Assembly (NCBI GenBank): GCA_016866875.1
Contig: VGKY01000002.1
Coordinates: forward strand, 31,688-95,687
DNA length: 64,000 bases
Source of the DNA: Candidatus Peribacteria bacterium
GTDB lineage: Bacteria > Patescibacteriota > Gracilibacteria > Peribacterales > Peribacteraceae
Direction: 5' to 3'
The notes beneath the pieces are model-generated. The model searched no databases. It was not told where the DNA came from and saw only the letters and a program-made list of their open reading frames with translations. Both the position numbers and the translations under genes were made by a program. This document shows positions 46,867 to 58,456 of the stretch, piece by piece. Each line of letters starts with the position of its first letter. Position 1 is the stretch's first letter.

Positions 46867-46887
46867 TTCTTCACTCTTCATTCATAA

Positions 46888-48534
<1,647 letters not shown>

Positions 48535-48554
48535 ATGCCCATACAATCGATTCT

Positions 48555-48582
48555 GCAGCGGAGGTTCATGAACCTCCGCTGC
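48555..48582 (+). terminator. palindromic element family B, copy 1, positioned as the groEL terminator
   Basis: GCAGCGGAGG ttcatgaa CCTCCGCTGC followed by GGTTTCTG, 20 nt after the groEL stop. Confidence 0.6.
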
Positions 48583-48632
48583 GGTTTCTGTAAAGATGCC
48601 CCTCGTGCATCCACAACTGCTACAATTTTTGC

Positions 48633-49205
48633 ATGCCTCTCATCGTCCTCGAAGGCCCCGACGGCGCAGGAACCACAAAGCACAGCAAGCTTCTTGCTGA
48701 GCGCCTGAAGCAGGAGGGACACGATGTCGTGCTCACGGCCGAGCCAACGGACGGGCCGATTGGCACGCAGATCCGCACGATGCTCAAGGGTGATCGCCTC
48801 CCGGATCCCAAGGCAGTACAGCTGCTCTTCTGCGCCGACCGCGCCGATCACGTTGCAGGGGTGATCCTGCCCGCACTCGCTGCAGGAAAAACGGTCATCA
48901 CCGACCGCTATACGCTCTCGACGATCGTCTACGGCGCGGCACAAGGACTCGACGCTTCGTGGCTGCTCGCCATCAATGATGCATTTCCAAGGCCCGATCA
49001 GACCTTTCTCCTGCTCCCTCCCTACAAAGTCTGCGCGAAGCGCGTTTGGAGACGTGCAGCGAAGGATCAGTTTGAAGTCGATGCCTTTCAGAGAAAAGTC
49101 TACGGTCTCTACGAACAAGCATGTCAGCCGGATGTCCTGAGGATCGATTCCTCAGGAAAAATGGAGGAAGTTGCGGAGAAGATCTGGATGATGACTAGAA
49201 GCTGA
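48633..49205 (+). CDS. tmk: thymidylate kinase
   Basis: IVLEGPDGAGTTKHSKLL, EPTDGPIG, DRY..S..VYG. Confidence 0.85.
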   Translation: MPLIVLEGPDGAGTTKHSKLLAERLKQEGHDVVLTAEPTDGPIGTQIRTMLKGDRLPDPKAVQLLFCADRADHVAGVILPALAAGKTVITDRYTLSTIVYGAAQGLDASWLLAINDAFPRPDQTFLLLPPYKVCAKRVWRRAAKDQFEVDAFQRKVYGLYEQACQPDVLRIDSSGKMEEVAEKIWMMTRS

Positions 49206-49230
49206 AAGCTGAAAGCTCTACGCTATATCC

Positions 49231-50082
49231 ATGTCCGCCCTCCTCCTCTCCGGCCGCGAGGCAGCTGCAGCGATACTCGCCGACTTGAAACCAAAGATTG
49301 CACATCTCGACCCCAAGCTCGTTGTCGTGCAAGTGGGAGATGATCCGGGAAGCTCAAGCTACATCCTGCAGAAGATGAAGAGCTGTGCCGAGGTTGGGAT
49401 GCGCTCCGAGCACCGACACCTTCCAAAAGCAGTGACGCTCGAGGAGCTGCTTGCGGAAATCGATCGACTCAATGCCGATGCCGATGTGACGGGCTTCATC
49501 ATCCAGCTCCCCCTGCCAGCCCACCTCCAATCGCACGTCCCAAGTATCATTCGAGCAATCGATCCCAAGAAAGACGTCGATGGATTTGGGGCCTACAACC
49601 TCGGAAAGATGTTCCTCTCAACGGAATTCGAGCACCTTCCTCCGGCAACCCCGGCAGGCATCGTCATGCTTCTTGAGCACTTCGAGATTCCCGTTGCAGG
49701 CAAGCACGCCGTGATCGTCGGAAGGAGCAACATCGTAGGAAAACCCCTTTCGATGATGCTCCTCAATCGCGATGCAACCGTCAGCGTCTGCCATAGCAAG
49801 ACCAAGCAGCTCGCTTCCATCACCAAGCAGGGCGATATCCTCATTGCTGCTGTCGGCAAACCCGGGATGATCACGGCAGACATGGTGAAGCGCGGGGCAG
49901 TGGTGATCGACGTAGGCACAAACCGTGTCGGCGGAAAGCTTGTTGGGGACGTGGACTTCGATGGCGTACAGGACGTGGCATCGGCGATTACCCCCGTACC
50001 GGGAGGGGTAGGACCGATGACCGTTTGTTCTTTGATCAAAAATTGTGTTCAAGCAAAGCAGCGGCAGCTCGCAAAGATCTGA
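49231..50082 (+). CDS. folD: bifunctional methylenetetrahydrofolate dehydrogenase/cyclohydrolase
   Basis: VVQVGDDPGSSSYI, KDVDGF, TPAGI, VIVGRSNIVGKPLSMMLL, PVPGGVGPMT. Confidence 0.92.
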   Translation: MSALLLSGREAAAAILADLKPKIAHLDPKLVVVQVGDDPGSSSYILQKMKSCAEVGMRSEHRHLPKAVTLEELLAEIDRLNADADVTGFIIQLPLPAHLQSHVPSIIRAIDPKKDVDGFGAYNLGKMFLSTEFEHLPPATPAGIVMLLEHFEIPVAGKHAVIVGRSNIVGKPLSMMLLNRDATVSVCHSKTKQLASITKQGDILIAAVGKPGMITADMVKRGAVVIDVGTNRVGGKLVGDVDFDGVQDVASAITPVPGGVGPMTVCSLIKNCVQAKQRQLAKI

Positions 50083-50114
50083 GTCCCAGTCCCTGAGATG
50101 ATCGGAGCGCTTTT

Positions 50115-51041
50115 CTAGGCAGTTTTTTCCTTCCTCGCGGCTATCCTCCTCTCCTGGAAACCCGCTGATCCTTTCACGCTATGGCATTGATCTGTCGGCT
50201 TGCGCACGATGCGCTTGATGTTGGAGAGGATACGATCCACGCGCTCTCGCAGAGCTCTTCTGGCACTCCGTACATCGGATTGATCGAGCATTTCATGGCT
50301 ACGCATCTTCGGGGCGAGCACGCGCCACACCGTATCGCGGAGGCAACCCATGTACACGTCACCGACGCGGAAGCGTTCCTCAAGAACGTTAATGGCAATG
50401 CACATGAGGTACTCCTTCTGCTGCTGCTGAGAAAACTTCCTAATGCAATCCTCGGGGATGCAATCTTGGAGGCGCGTGTCGCGAGCTTCCATCTGCCCGT
50501 GGCCATTGCCGTTCTGACCATCATCCGCATTGGCGGCGATCGCCTCCTCCTGGTTGTAAGGAATCGCATCCAGAGGCGCATCCGCGACAGTAGCGTCTGT
50601 ATCCCCATGCAAGCGCTCAGTCGATGACGAGGCAGCGGGAGTTTTCGGGCGACGACGCGCCGGCACTTGACGAGGTTGAGGGGGTGGGAACTCGGAGAGC
50701 ACCCCCGTGCTAATGAGTACGCGTCGAAGCCCCTGCGTGACCTGCTCTGCAATATCATCCGGGGGAAGGACGCGGTGGTTGAAGGTCTCAAGGACGCATG
50801 CGACCTCAGTCATCAGGAGTTCTTTGTGATCAGGCGCAAGTCGAAAAGCATCGCGGATCGCTCCGGCAACGTGGGCATTTGCGAAATAGAGCTGTCCATT
50901 CTTAAGCCACTGCGGAGGGTAGTGCTCTGGGAGAATCTCGTGCCAGCGGCTGCCCCACTGGACATCGTCTCCGAGATCCATTGCCGGAGCATTGCGCGTT
51001 TCCATGTCAATGCATTGTGCTGAAAATCCACAGGATTTCAA
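50115..51041 (-). CDS. hypothetical protein
   Basis: 308-aa ORF with no recognised motif and a Pro/Arg-rich linker in the middle. The start may be METRNAP (51005). Confidence 0.4.
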   Translation of the reverse strand: MKSCGFSAQCIDMETRNAPAMDLGDDVQWGSRWHEILPEHYPPQWLKNGQLYFANAHVAGAIRDAFRLAPDHKELLMTEVACVLETFNHRVLPPDDIAEQVTQGLRRVLISTGVLSEFPPPQPRQVPARRRPKTPAASSSTERLHGDTDATVADAPLDAIPYNQEEAIAANADDGQNGNGHGQMEARDTRLQDCIPEDCIRKFSQQQQKEYLMCIAINVLEERFRVGDVYMGCLRDTVWRVLAPKMRSHEMLDQSDVRSARRALRERVDRILSNIKRIVRKPTDQCHSVKGSAGFQERRIAARKEKTA

Positions 51042-51202
51042 GTGTACTCGGCGCGAATATCACGCTTGCGGCGAAGAAAATCCTCTGTAGAATTCTTGCG
51101 TGGAGGATCACTTCCCTTCCGTTTCGACGCTCCGGACACCCGTCCGCAGGGTCTTCTTGAGCGTGCCTACAACCTACGCCCTACCCCCAACGCCCTAAGT
51201 CC

Positions 51203-52714
51203 ATGTGCGGCATCATTGCTGTCTCCGGCTTCCGCGACGTCATCCAAGATCTCTATGACGGTCTCATCGTCCTCCAACACCGCGGACAGGACGCCGCGGG
51301 CATCGTCACCTGTAACGACCAGTTCCATCTCAAGAAGAGCAATGGCATGGTCCGCGACGTCTTCCATGCCAAGTCCCTGCAGCGTCTTCAAGGCCCCATG
51401 GGCATAGGGCACGTGCGCTACCCGACCGCAGGTTGCAGCAGTGAGTTTGAGGCACAGCCCTTCTTCATCTCCACACCCTTCGGCATCGCCCTTGCCCACA
51501 ACGGCAACCTCACCAATGCTGCAGACCTCCGAAGAAGACTGATGGAGAAGGAGTACCACCACCTCAATACCAATTCGGATTCTGAAGTCCTTCTCAACGT
51601 CTTTGCCGTAGGACTCAGACACCAGCATCCAAAGAAACTGACGCCCGACCATGTCTTCGGCGCGGTGAAAACGGTCATGGGAAAGTGCAAGGGTGCGTAC
51701 TCGGCAGTTGCGCTCATCGGAGGCCAGGGCATCCTCGGTTTCCGCGATCCACACGGCATCCGCCCGCTGCAGCTAGGCAAGCGTCGCTACGGCATGAAGG
51801 AGGAGTACATGATCACCTCGGAGAATACGGTCTTCCACGCTCTCGACTTCGAATTCGTCCGCGACATCCGCCCCGGAGAAGCGGTTTTCATCGACCACAA
51901 GAACCGACTGCATAGCAGGCAGATCGCGAAGGGTCACTTAAGCCCCTGCATGTTCGAGTGGGTCTACCTCGCGGCACCGGACTCAACAATCGACGGCGTG
52001 AACGTGTACAAGGCCCGCGTGCGCATGGGAGAAGCCCTCGCCCAACAGATCAAGAAAGCAGGCGTGAAGATCGACTCGGTCATTCCCATTCCCGATACCG
52101 GACGCCCAGCCGCTGCCGGCCTCGCGGACAAACTCAAGGTGCGCTACCGAGAAGGGTTTGTGAAGAACCGCTACATCGGGCGAACCTTCATCATGCCAGG
52201 GCAATCCATGCGTAAGCGTTCCCTAAAGTTCAAGCTGCACCCCATCGACCTCGAGTTTAAAAACCAGAATGTCCTCCTTGTGGACGACTCCATCGTGAGA
52301 GGCAATACCAGCAAGAAGATCGTCGAGATCGCGCGCGAAGCGGGAGCCAAAAAAGTCTACTTCGCCTCGGCATCCCCACCGATCATCAGTCCAGATCCCT
52401 ACGGCATCGATCTCCCGACGACAAACGAGCTCATCGCTGCCAACATGAGCATCGAGCAAATTCGCAAGTACATCGGAGCTGACGGTCTCTTCTATAACTC
52501 CATCGAAGACATTCGTTCTGCCGTCCGGTATGGAAACCCGCAGATCAAGAAATTCTCCGAGGGCTGCTTCACCGGAAAGTATCCGACTCCCGAAGTAAGT
52601 AAGAAGCTCCTCAGAGATCTCGGCTCTGGCCGCAATGAGACGCGCGAAGCTTTCGATGCAGAGCAGATGGCTGAGGACAATAGTGGGGATCAGAAGATGA
52701 TGGCGTTGGTGTAA
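51203..52714 (+). CDS. purF: amidophosphoribosyltransferase
   Basis: MCGIIAV (Ntn Cys), LQHRGQDAAGI, HVRYPT, PRTase motif LLVDDSIVRGNTS. Confidence 0.93.
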   Translation: MCGIIAVSGFRDVIQDLYDGLIVLQHRGQDAAGIVTCNDQFHLKKSNGMVRDVFHAKSLQRLQGPMGIGHVRYPTAGCSSEFEAQPFFISTPFGIALAHNGNLTNAADLRRRLMEKEYHHLNTNSDSEVLLNVFAVGLRHQHPKKLTPDHVFGAVKTVMGKCKGAYSAVALIGGQGILGFRDPHGIRPLQLGKRRYGMKEEYMITSENTVFHALDFEFVRDIRPGEAVFIDHKNRLHSRQIAKGHLSPCMFEWVYLAAPDSTIDGVNVYKARVRMGEALAQQIKKAGVKIDSVIPIPDTGRPAAAGLADKLKVRYREGFVKNRYIGRTFIMPGQSMRKRSLKFKLHPIDLEFKNQNVLLVDDSIVRGNTSKKIVEIAREAGAKKVYFASASPPIISPDPYGIDLPTTNELIAANMSIEQIRKYIGADGLFYNSIEDIRSAVRYGNPQIKKFSEGCFTGKYPTPEVSKKLLRDLGSGRNETREAFDAEQMAEDNSGDQKMMALV

Positions 52715-52800
52715 GGATAAAAGGACGAAGAAGGCGAAGGGGACTCAAAAGACAGAGAAGACATGCTATCCTTGGATTACCTTTCATCATTGTCCGTTCC

Positions 52801-54126
52801 ATGAAGATTCTCCTCGTTTCCTCCTCCGCTCGTGGGCACGCCATCGCCGAGGCGCTCATGCGCAGTCGCCATAAGCCCCGTCTCGTCGCACTCAGTCCCA
52901 ATGACAACGTGGGGATCGCAAAAATCGCGGAGTATCACCAAGCGGTCGACATCATGGATTTTTCAAAGGTGCTCAGTATCGCTCAGGAGCACAAGCCGGA
53001 CTTTGCCCTCATCGGACCCGATGATCCGATTGGCGGGGGTCTTGCTGATGCGCTCGAAGAGATCGGCATACCCTGCATCGCGCCGAGGAAATCCCTTGCA
53101 CGCATCGAGAGCTCGAAGGCATTTGCGAGAGAGTTGATGCACAAGAACGGCATCGAGTCGTATCCTAAGTTTATGGCTTTCCAAAGGGCTGACCCCGAAT
53201 TGATGAATGCATTCGTCGAGAGGTGCGATGGTGAATTCGTCGTGAAGTACGACGCTCTCAAGGGAGGAAAAGGCGTGAAAGTCAGCGGAGAGCATTTTCA
53301 GAAGCGCGAGGAAGGTATTGCCTACGCAGAGGAGTGCATTGCAGAGTGCGGCACCGTCGTTCTCGAGGAAAAACTCGTTGGCGTAGAGTTCAGTCTCATG
53401 AGTTTTGTCTCGGGAACATCCGTCGTCGATATGCCTGCTGTGCAAGATCACAAGAGAGCCTACGAGGGAGATACAGGACCCAATACAGGGGGCATGGGAA
53501 CGTACTCCTGCGTAGATCATGCACTCCCCTTCCTCACAAATGCCGATCTCGCTGAGGCAAAGAGGATCAATCGCAGCATTGCACAGGCGCTGATCAAAGA
53601 ATGCGGACATCCCTACCGCGGCATCCTGTACGGCGGCTTCATAGCGGTAAGAGATGGAGTACGCGTGATCGAATACAATGCGCGGTTTGGTGATCCGGAG
53701 GCACTCAACGTACTACCGATCCTTGAGTCGGACTTTGTAGATCTCTGCCTTGGGATGATCGAAGGCTCGATCGATGATGGGATGGCGCGCTTCCAAAAGA
53801 AGGCAACTGTCTGCAAGTACGTGACGCCAGCAAGCTACCCGAGTGCAAAGCTTGAGGTGGGAAAGCCTATAGATATTCCCAAGGGTGATACTACCAATGC
53901 GCGCGTGTACCTCGGCGATGTTTCACAGGATTCCCACGGAAGACTCCTGCTTGGAGGCTCACGATCTATAGGAGTTGTGGGAATAGGTTCAACCCTAGAG
54001 GAAGCGGAGGAAATTGCGCAAAAAATGTGCTCAGGTATTCAGGGTCCTGTGCGATTTCGTAGAGACATCGGCACGCAAACTCTGATCCAGAAGCGCATCG
54101 ATACCATGCAATCGCTCCGTAACTGA
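52801..54126 (+). CDS. purD: phosphoribosylamine-glycine ligase
   Basis: MKILLVSSSARGHAIAEAL, ATP-grasp blocks FVVKYDALKGGKGV, EEKLVGVEFS, GPNTGGMG, IEYNARFGDPE. Confidence 0.9.
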   Translation: MKILLVSSSARGHAIAEALMRSRHKPRLVALSPNDNVGIAKIAEYHQAVDIMDFSKVLSIAQEHKPDFALIGPDDPIGGGLADALEEIGIPCIAPRKSLARIESSKAFARELMHKNGIESYPKFMAFQRADPELMNAFVERCDGEFVVKYDALKGGKGVKVSGEHFQKREEGIAYAEECIAECGTVVLEEKLVGVEFSLMSFVSGTSVVDMPAVQDHKRAYEGDTGPNTGGMGTYSCVDHALPFLTNADLAEAKRINRSIAQALIKECGHPYRGILYGGFIAVRDGVRVIEYNARFGDPEALNVLPILESDFVDLCLGMIEGSIDDGMARFQKKATVCKYVTPASYPSAKLEVGKPIDIPKGDTTNARVYLGDVSQDSHGRLLLGGSRSIGVVGIGSTLEEAEEIAQKMCSGIQGPVRFRRDIGTQTLIQKRIDTMQSLRN

Positions 54127-54216
54127 CGTGAAGCGCATCGATCTCTCGACGGCGCTGATCCCATTTGTCACCTTCACCCTTCGACACGCTCAGGGTGAAC
54201 TACACACTGCGACAGT

Positions 54217-55530
54217 ATGAAGAAGTTCGATCTCTCATTAGCATTAATTCCCTTCGTGTATTTCATCGCGGGAGCATCGAGTCTCGCCGGTGTTGCCACA
54301 ACGTTTTTCTACAAAGACGAGCTAGGTCTGAGCTTAGAGCAGCTCGGGATCCTCGGATCGATTGCGATCATGCCCTGGAGCATCAAGCCTCTCTACGGGC
54401 TGATCTCCGATCGCGTTCCCCTACGGGGACTTCGCAGAAAGCCGTACCTGATATTGAGCGGCATGCTTGGGAGCATCGGTTACCTCTCCCTGGCAACCTG
54501 GGTGAAGGACTTTTCCGGCGTCCTCTTTGCTGAGACTATTTCCGCTCTTGGATTTGCGCTCGCGGATGTGATCGTCGATGGGATCGTAGCGGAGCGAAGC
54601 AAATCGCATGCCGCCGCAGGAAAGCTCCAGAGCATCTGCAGAGCAGCAATCATGTTTGGCGGACTCACCGTTGCCTACGCGTCTGGAGTGCTCACAGAAT
54701 CCATTGGTGCGCGCAGAGTGTTTCTCCTGACGGCAATGCTGCCGCTGCTCACGTCGCTCGTTGCCGTATTTCTCCACGAGTCACCGGCTGATCGAGTGAC
54801 GTGGAACATCCGAGATACATGGAGGAAATTTCGAGAGGCGCTGACGCCCGCGATCCTCTGGTCGGCACTCTTCCTCTTCGTGTGGCGTGCAACCCCCAGT
54901 AGCGGAGGTGCACTTGGGTACTACATGATCGACGAGCTGCACTTTGATCCGGAGTTCTTCGGCAGGCTTTCTGTTCTCAGCAGGCTCATGGGCATCATCG
55001 GCGTGCTGATCTTCCGCAAATGGCTGATCGCTATTCCCATGAAAAAGCTCCTCTTTGGGATCGTACTTGCAAGCGTGATCCTCAGTCTTCCAACCCTTGG
55101 GCTCGTGTACCGATGGTACGAACTCCTCGGCGTCAGCCCCAAGCTCTTTGCCATGGCTGATACGCTGATCTCTGCGCCACTCACCGAGATCGGCTTCCTC
55201 CCGCTCCTCGTGCTCGTCGCACGCGTGTGCCCGAAGGGAGTGGAGGCAACGGTCTTTGCGGTGCTCGCGAGCATCATGAATATCGGACTCGCGCTCAGTG
55301 ACATCGGGGGAGCTGCTCTCGTAAACCTCTTCGATGTACACCAAGCCACAGAGACGCTCGCGGCGAACTACACCCATCTCGACAAAGTGTTGTGGATCGC
55401 GATCCTGAGTAGCTTCCTCCCCCTCCCCCTCCTACCGCTTCTCCCGGAAACGCGAACATCGGAGGAACTGCCGAGGGACATATCCCCCTCGAGAATGGCT
55501 TCTCAAAGCGAGGGGAAGGAGGTTGTGTAG
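54217..55530 (+). CDS. folate/biopterin transporter family (BT1) MFS protein
   Basis: About 12 TM segments. MPWSIKPLYGLISDRVPLRGLRRKPY is the characteristic BT1 block. Confidence 0.7.
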   Translation: MKKFDLSLALIPFVYFIAGASSLAGVATTFFYKDELGLSLEQLGILGSIAIMPWSIKPLYGLISDRVPLRGLRRKPYLILSGMLGSIGYLSLATWVKDFSGVLFAETISALGFALADVIVDGIVAERSKSHAAAGKLQSICRAAIMFGGLTVAYASGVLTESIGARRVFLLTAMLPLLTSLVAVFLHESPADRVTWNIRDTWRKFREALTPAILWSALFLFVWRATPSSGGALGYYMIDELHFDPEFFGRLSVLSRLMGIIGVLIFRKWLIAIPMKKLLFGIVLASVILSLPTLGLVYRWYELLGVSPKLFAMADTLISAPLTEIGFLPLLVLVARVCPKGVEATVFAVLASIMNIGLALSDIGGAALVNLFDVHQATETLAANYTHLDKVLWIAILSSFLPLPLLPLLPETRTSEELPRDISPSRMASQSEGKEVV

Positions 55531-55659
55531 GTCAGCCGTAGGACTTGCTTATTTTGTATGTAGTTGTACTATATAATTAAGTCTGAGCCAATTCGGCTGG
55601 GAATTGTGGCGCAGCCGTCCCTCAGACTAGGACGCTGCTCTTTAAATCATGGGGGCATC

Positions 55660-55995
55660 ATGTTACGGGAAATTGCGGGAATTCTGCTTGTCGCCAGCGT
55701 TGTGGCGATCTTCAGCGCGGTGTCTGCAAAAAGAGGTCAGATTGCCGAGAGTCTCTGGGCTGTCGCAGCAATGACGGTCATCACTCTGGGGATTTACTTC
55801 TTTGGCATCGTGTACGACATGTACCGAGTGACCAGTGACCAGGTGATGGGAGCATTGGCTTTCGGGCTCATCATCGCAGGTCTCTGCCTGCACTATGCAC
55901 GATCCCGCAAGTGGAAAATGATCACGGGATCCGTGGCTTGCGGCATTATCGTCGCCCAGGGATTTATCGCGGTCTGTGCTCAGCCATGGCGATAG
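55660..55995 (+). CDS. small membrane protein (hypothetical)
   Basis: Four hydrophobic segments. Start set at MLREIAGILLV. Confidence 0.4.
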   Translation: MLREIAGILLVASVVAIFSAVSAKRGQIAESLWAVAAMTVITLGIYFFGIVYDMYRVTSDQVMGALAFGLIIAGLCLHYARSRKWKMITGSVACGIIVAQGFIAVCAQPWR

Positions 55996-56047
55996 CGTTC
56001 TTCCACAAAGTCCCGGCTCTCCTCTGGAGCCGGGCAATTTTGATTGT

Positions 56048-57106
56048 TCACGACTTTGCCTTCATACGCTCAGCGGTATCGGCCTCGCCGAGTGCTGTGA
56101 CAATGTCACCGAGATCGCCATCCATCACTGCCGGGATATTGCTGAAGTTTTCGTTGATGCGGTGATCGGTGATGCGGTCTTGGGGAAAGTTATACGTGCG
56201 GATCTTCTCGCTCCTGTCTCCTGTGCCGATCTGGCTGCTACGGAGATCTCCTCGTTCCTTCGCCTTGCGCTCCTGCTCAGCGGCGTAGAGACGGCTGCGG
56301 AGAAGCGACATCGCATTCATCCTATTTTGGAGCTGCGAGCGCTCCGTCTGGCATGCCACCACTACACCCGTGGGAATGTGCGTGATACGGATCGCAGACT
56401 CGACTTTGTTGACGTTCTGACCTCCTGCGCCACCGCTGCGGAAGGTATCGATCCGCAGATCATTGGGGTTGATGACGATATCGACCTCCTCCACTTCCGG
56501 AAGGATGGCAACGGTGACGGTAGAGGTGTGCACGCGACCCTTGGCTTCCGTCTCGGGGATGCGCTGGACACGGTGCACGCCGGACTCAAACTTCAGTGCC
56601 CCGTACACACCATCACCCGTGATGCGCGCAGTCGCGTTTTTGATTCCACCCGCATCGGCATGGGAACTGTCGACAAGCTCAGACTTCCATCCCTGGTTTT
56701 CGCTGTAGCGAAGGTACATCTTGAGAAGTTCAGCGGCAAAGAGTCCTGCCTCGTCTCCCCCAGCACCCGAGCGCACTTCGAGGATGACGGAACGATCGTC
56801 GTCCGGATCCTTCGGCACCATGCGCTTACGGATTTCCTCTTCAAGGGCAGGCAGGCGCTTCTGGGCATCTGCTGCTTCAGCGAGAGCAATGTCTTTGAGT
56901 TCGGCGTCTCCCTCAAACTCCTCTGCAGATGCGATGGCGCGTAGCGCCGCATCGCGCTCATCGGCAAGCTTCATGATGGGCTCGAGCTCCTTGCGACGCT
57001 TGCTGAGGGCTTTGAGCTTCTGCACATCACTAAACACGGCAGGATCCTCGAGGGACACATTGACCTCTGCAAATTCCTTCCGAAGAGCGACGATGCGTTC
57101 GTCCAT
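56048..57106 (-). CDS. prfA: peptide chain release factor 1
   Basis: GGQ motif in SGGAGGQNVNKVESAIRITHIPTG. RF1-type tripeptide position RIPETE (PxT class). Confidence 0.93.
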   Translation of the reverse strand: MDERIVALRKEFAEVNVSLEDPAVFSDVQKLKALSKRRKELEPIMKLADERDAALRAIASAEEFEGDAELKDIALAEAADAQKRLPALEEEIRKRMVPKDPDDDRSVILEVRSGAGGDEAGLFAAELLKMYLRYSENQGWKSELVDSSHADAGGIKNATARITGDGVYGALKFESGVHRVQRIPETEAKGRVHTSTVTVAILPEVEEVDIVINPNDLRIDTFRSGGAGGQNVNKVESAIRITHIPTGVVVACQTERSQLQNRMNAMSLLRSRLYAAEQERKAKERGDLRSSQIGTGDRSEKIRTYNFPQDRITDHRINENFSNIPAVMDGDLGDIVTALGEADTAERMKAKS

Positions 57107-57148
57107 GGCAATATGATAAAGGAAAACAAGGACGAAGAAGACGAAAAA

Positions 57149-57172
57149 GACGAAGAGGAATTCCTCTTCGTC
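57149..57172 (-). terminator. perfect 24-nt palindrome, terminator for 57205..58293
   Basis: GACGAAGAGGAATTCCTCTTCGTC. On the minus strand it is followed by TTTTTCG. Confidence 0.6.
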
Positions 57173-57204
57173 CTCGTAGTCCTTTTCGACTTTTTCTTCC
57201 TATC

Positions 57205-58293
57205 CTAAGGCAGATTCATCACTGCCGCGTCAAACGTGTAGCAGTGCTTTCCTGCGGGGTGATCCCAGAATGGCGCGTACTGCTCGCGATTCTCGAAGGA
57301 GAACACCGCACAGACAGAGAAGTGCGTGCGATCGACAACGGAGTAGACGTACGGGGCTCCTGTGCCGTCACTGAGGGGAACGCGCTGGCGCTCACTTCCC
57401 TGAGCGATGTCCTCTAAGGATTTGGGGAGAGACTTGATCGGGCCAGAGGACACCGGTCTGCTCCAGCGATCGGTACCGTGCACGACATCGAGCGTTGCTT
57501 CAGCGATCGTACGAATGTCATTCACGCGCTGAGCGTCGATCTTCCGCAGACGTTCCGTACCGGGTGAGCCCACGAGCACCAGTCCGTAGATAAACGAGGC
57601 GAGGACAGCGACGGTTGTTACCGAACCGTACTTCTTATTGAGAGCACTAAGCGCACCAGGATCGATGCGCAGGGACTGGAAGTAGTAGAGGAACACCGAT
57701 CCGGTCACCACAAACACCACGAGAGCCTTGAGGAAGAACCTCAGCGTGATCTCACCATTGAGCAGCGAGAAGATCAGTGCGATGACGTCTCCCATCAGCA
57801 CAGAGGCCGCGACAAAGAGCGTGAGGTACGTCAGCCACCTGCGCACACCTCCACTGACTTTTTCGGGATGTGCTTTGAGCTCGGAAAGGAGAATCCTTGA
57901 GATCCACACAAAGACCGGATACGCGACGATGATCGCCGAAAGCGACCAGCGAATCGACATGCGGAAACCCTCCTCAGTTGCGTACGGCTCGAGCGCGACA
58001 TCCGGAAGCCAGCGGTTGATGTAGGCGTAGGCAAGGATGAGGAAACTGATGACGACGGCATAGAGTCCTGCAAAGGTAAGTAGATGATAAAAAGCATCAC
58101 GCGCACCTCCAGCATCGGCGGGGATGGGCACGGGCATATCGAGCCCCTGCTCCGCAGTCGCCGCAGCGATGTCTCGCTCCTTCCATCCTGCAGAAAGCAG
58201 AAGCATGCGGATCGTCTGGTGGTCCATGCCTTTCTGACGTGCATGAGCGATGAAAGATTCGAGTGATGAAGAAGATTTAGACATGGAACCCAT
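57205..58293 (-). CDS. membrane protein (DUF5671-like)
   Basis: N-terminal soluble helix bundle FIAHARQKGMDHQTIRMLLLSAGW, then 6 or more TM segments and a C-terminal soluble domain. This architecture is recalled as DUF5671. Confidence 0.5.
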   Translation of the reverse strand: MGSMSKSSSSLESFIAHARQKGMDHQTIRMLLLSAGWKERDIAAATAEQGLDMPVPIPADAGGARDAFYHLLTFAGLYAVVISFLILAYAYINRWLPDVALEPYATEEGFRMSIRWSLSAIIVAYPVFVWISRILLSELKAHPEKVSGGVRRWLTYLTLFVAASVLMGDVIALIFSLLNGEITLRFFLKALVVFVVTGSVFLYYFQSLRIDPGALSALNKKYGSVTTVAVLASFIYGLVLVGSPGTERLRKIDAQRVNDIRTIAEATLDVVHGTDRWSRPVSSGPIKSLPKSLEDIAQGSERQRVPLSDGTGAPYVYSVVDRTHFSVCAVFSFENREQYAPFWDHPAGKHCYTFDAAVMNLP

Positions 58294-58456
58294 TGTAATG
58301 GTTATCCTTACAATGGAAATAGAAAAAGGGGCGTTTGCTCGGTTCTTCGCCTACCGGACAGGTAGGTTTGTTGGTTTGTTTGTTTGTTTGAATAGCATCC
58401 ACGAAAAAATGAAAAAACGTTTTCAGCGACATTCGGAGCATCGTACCATCAAAGCT

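Noticed and set aside
51042-51202. ZTP (pfl) or THF riboswitches upstream of purF, folD or the BT1 transporter (54127-54216)
   Set aside because: The conserved cores I remember are absent (for example the CCGCCTGGGC pseudoknot element of ZTP). The 54178-54205 hairpin is a solo arm related to the family-A palindromic element instead.
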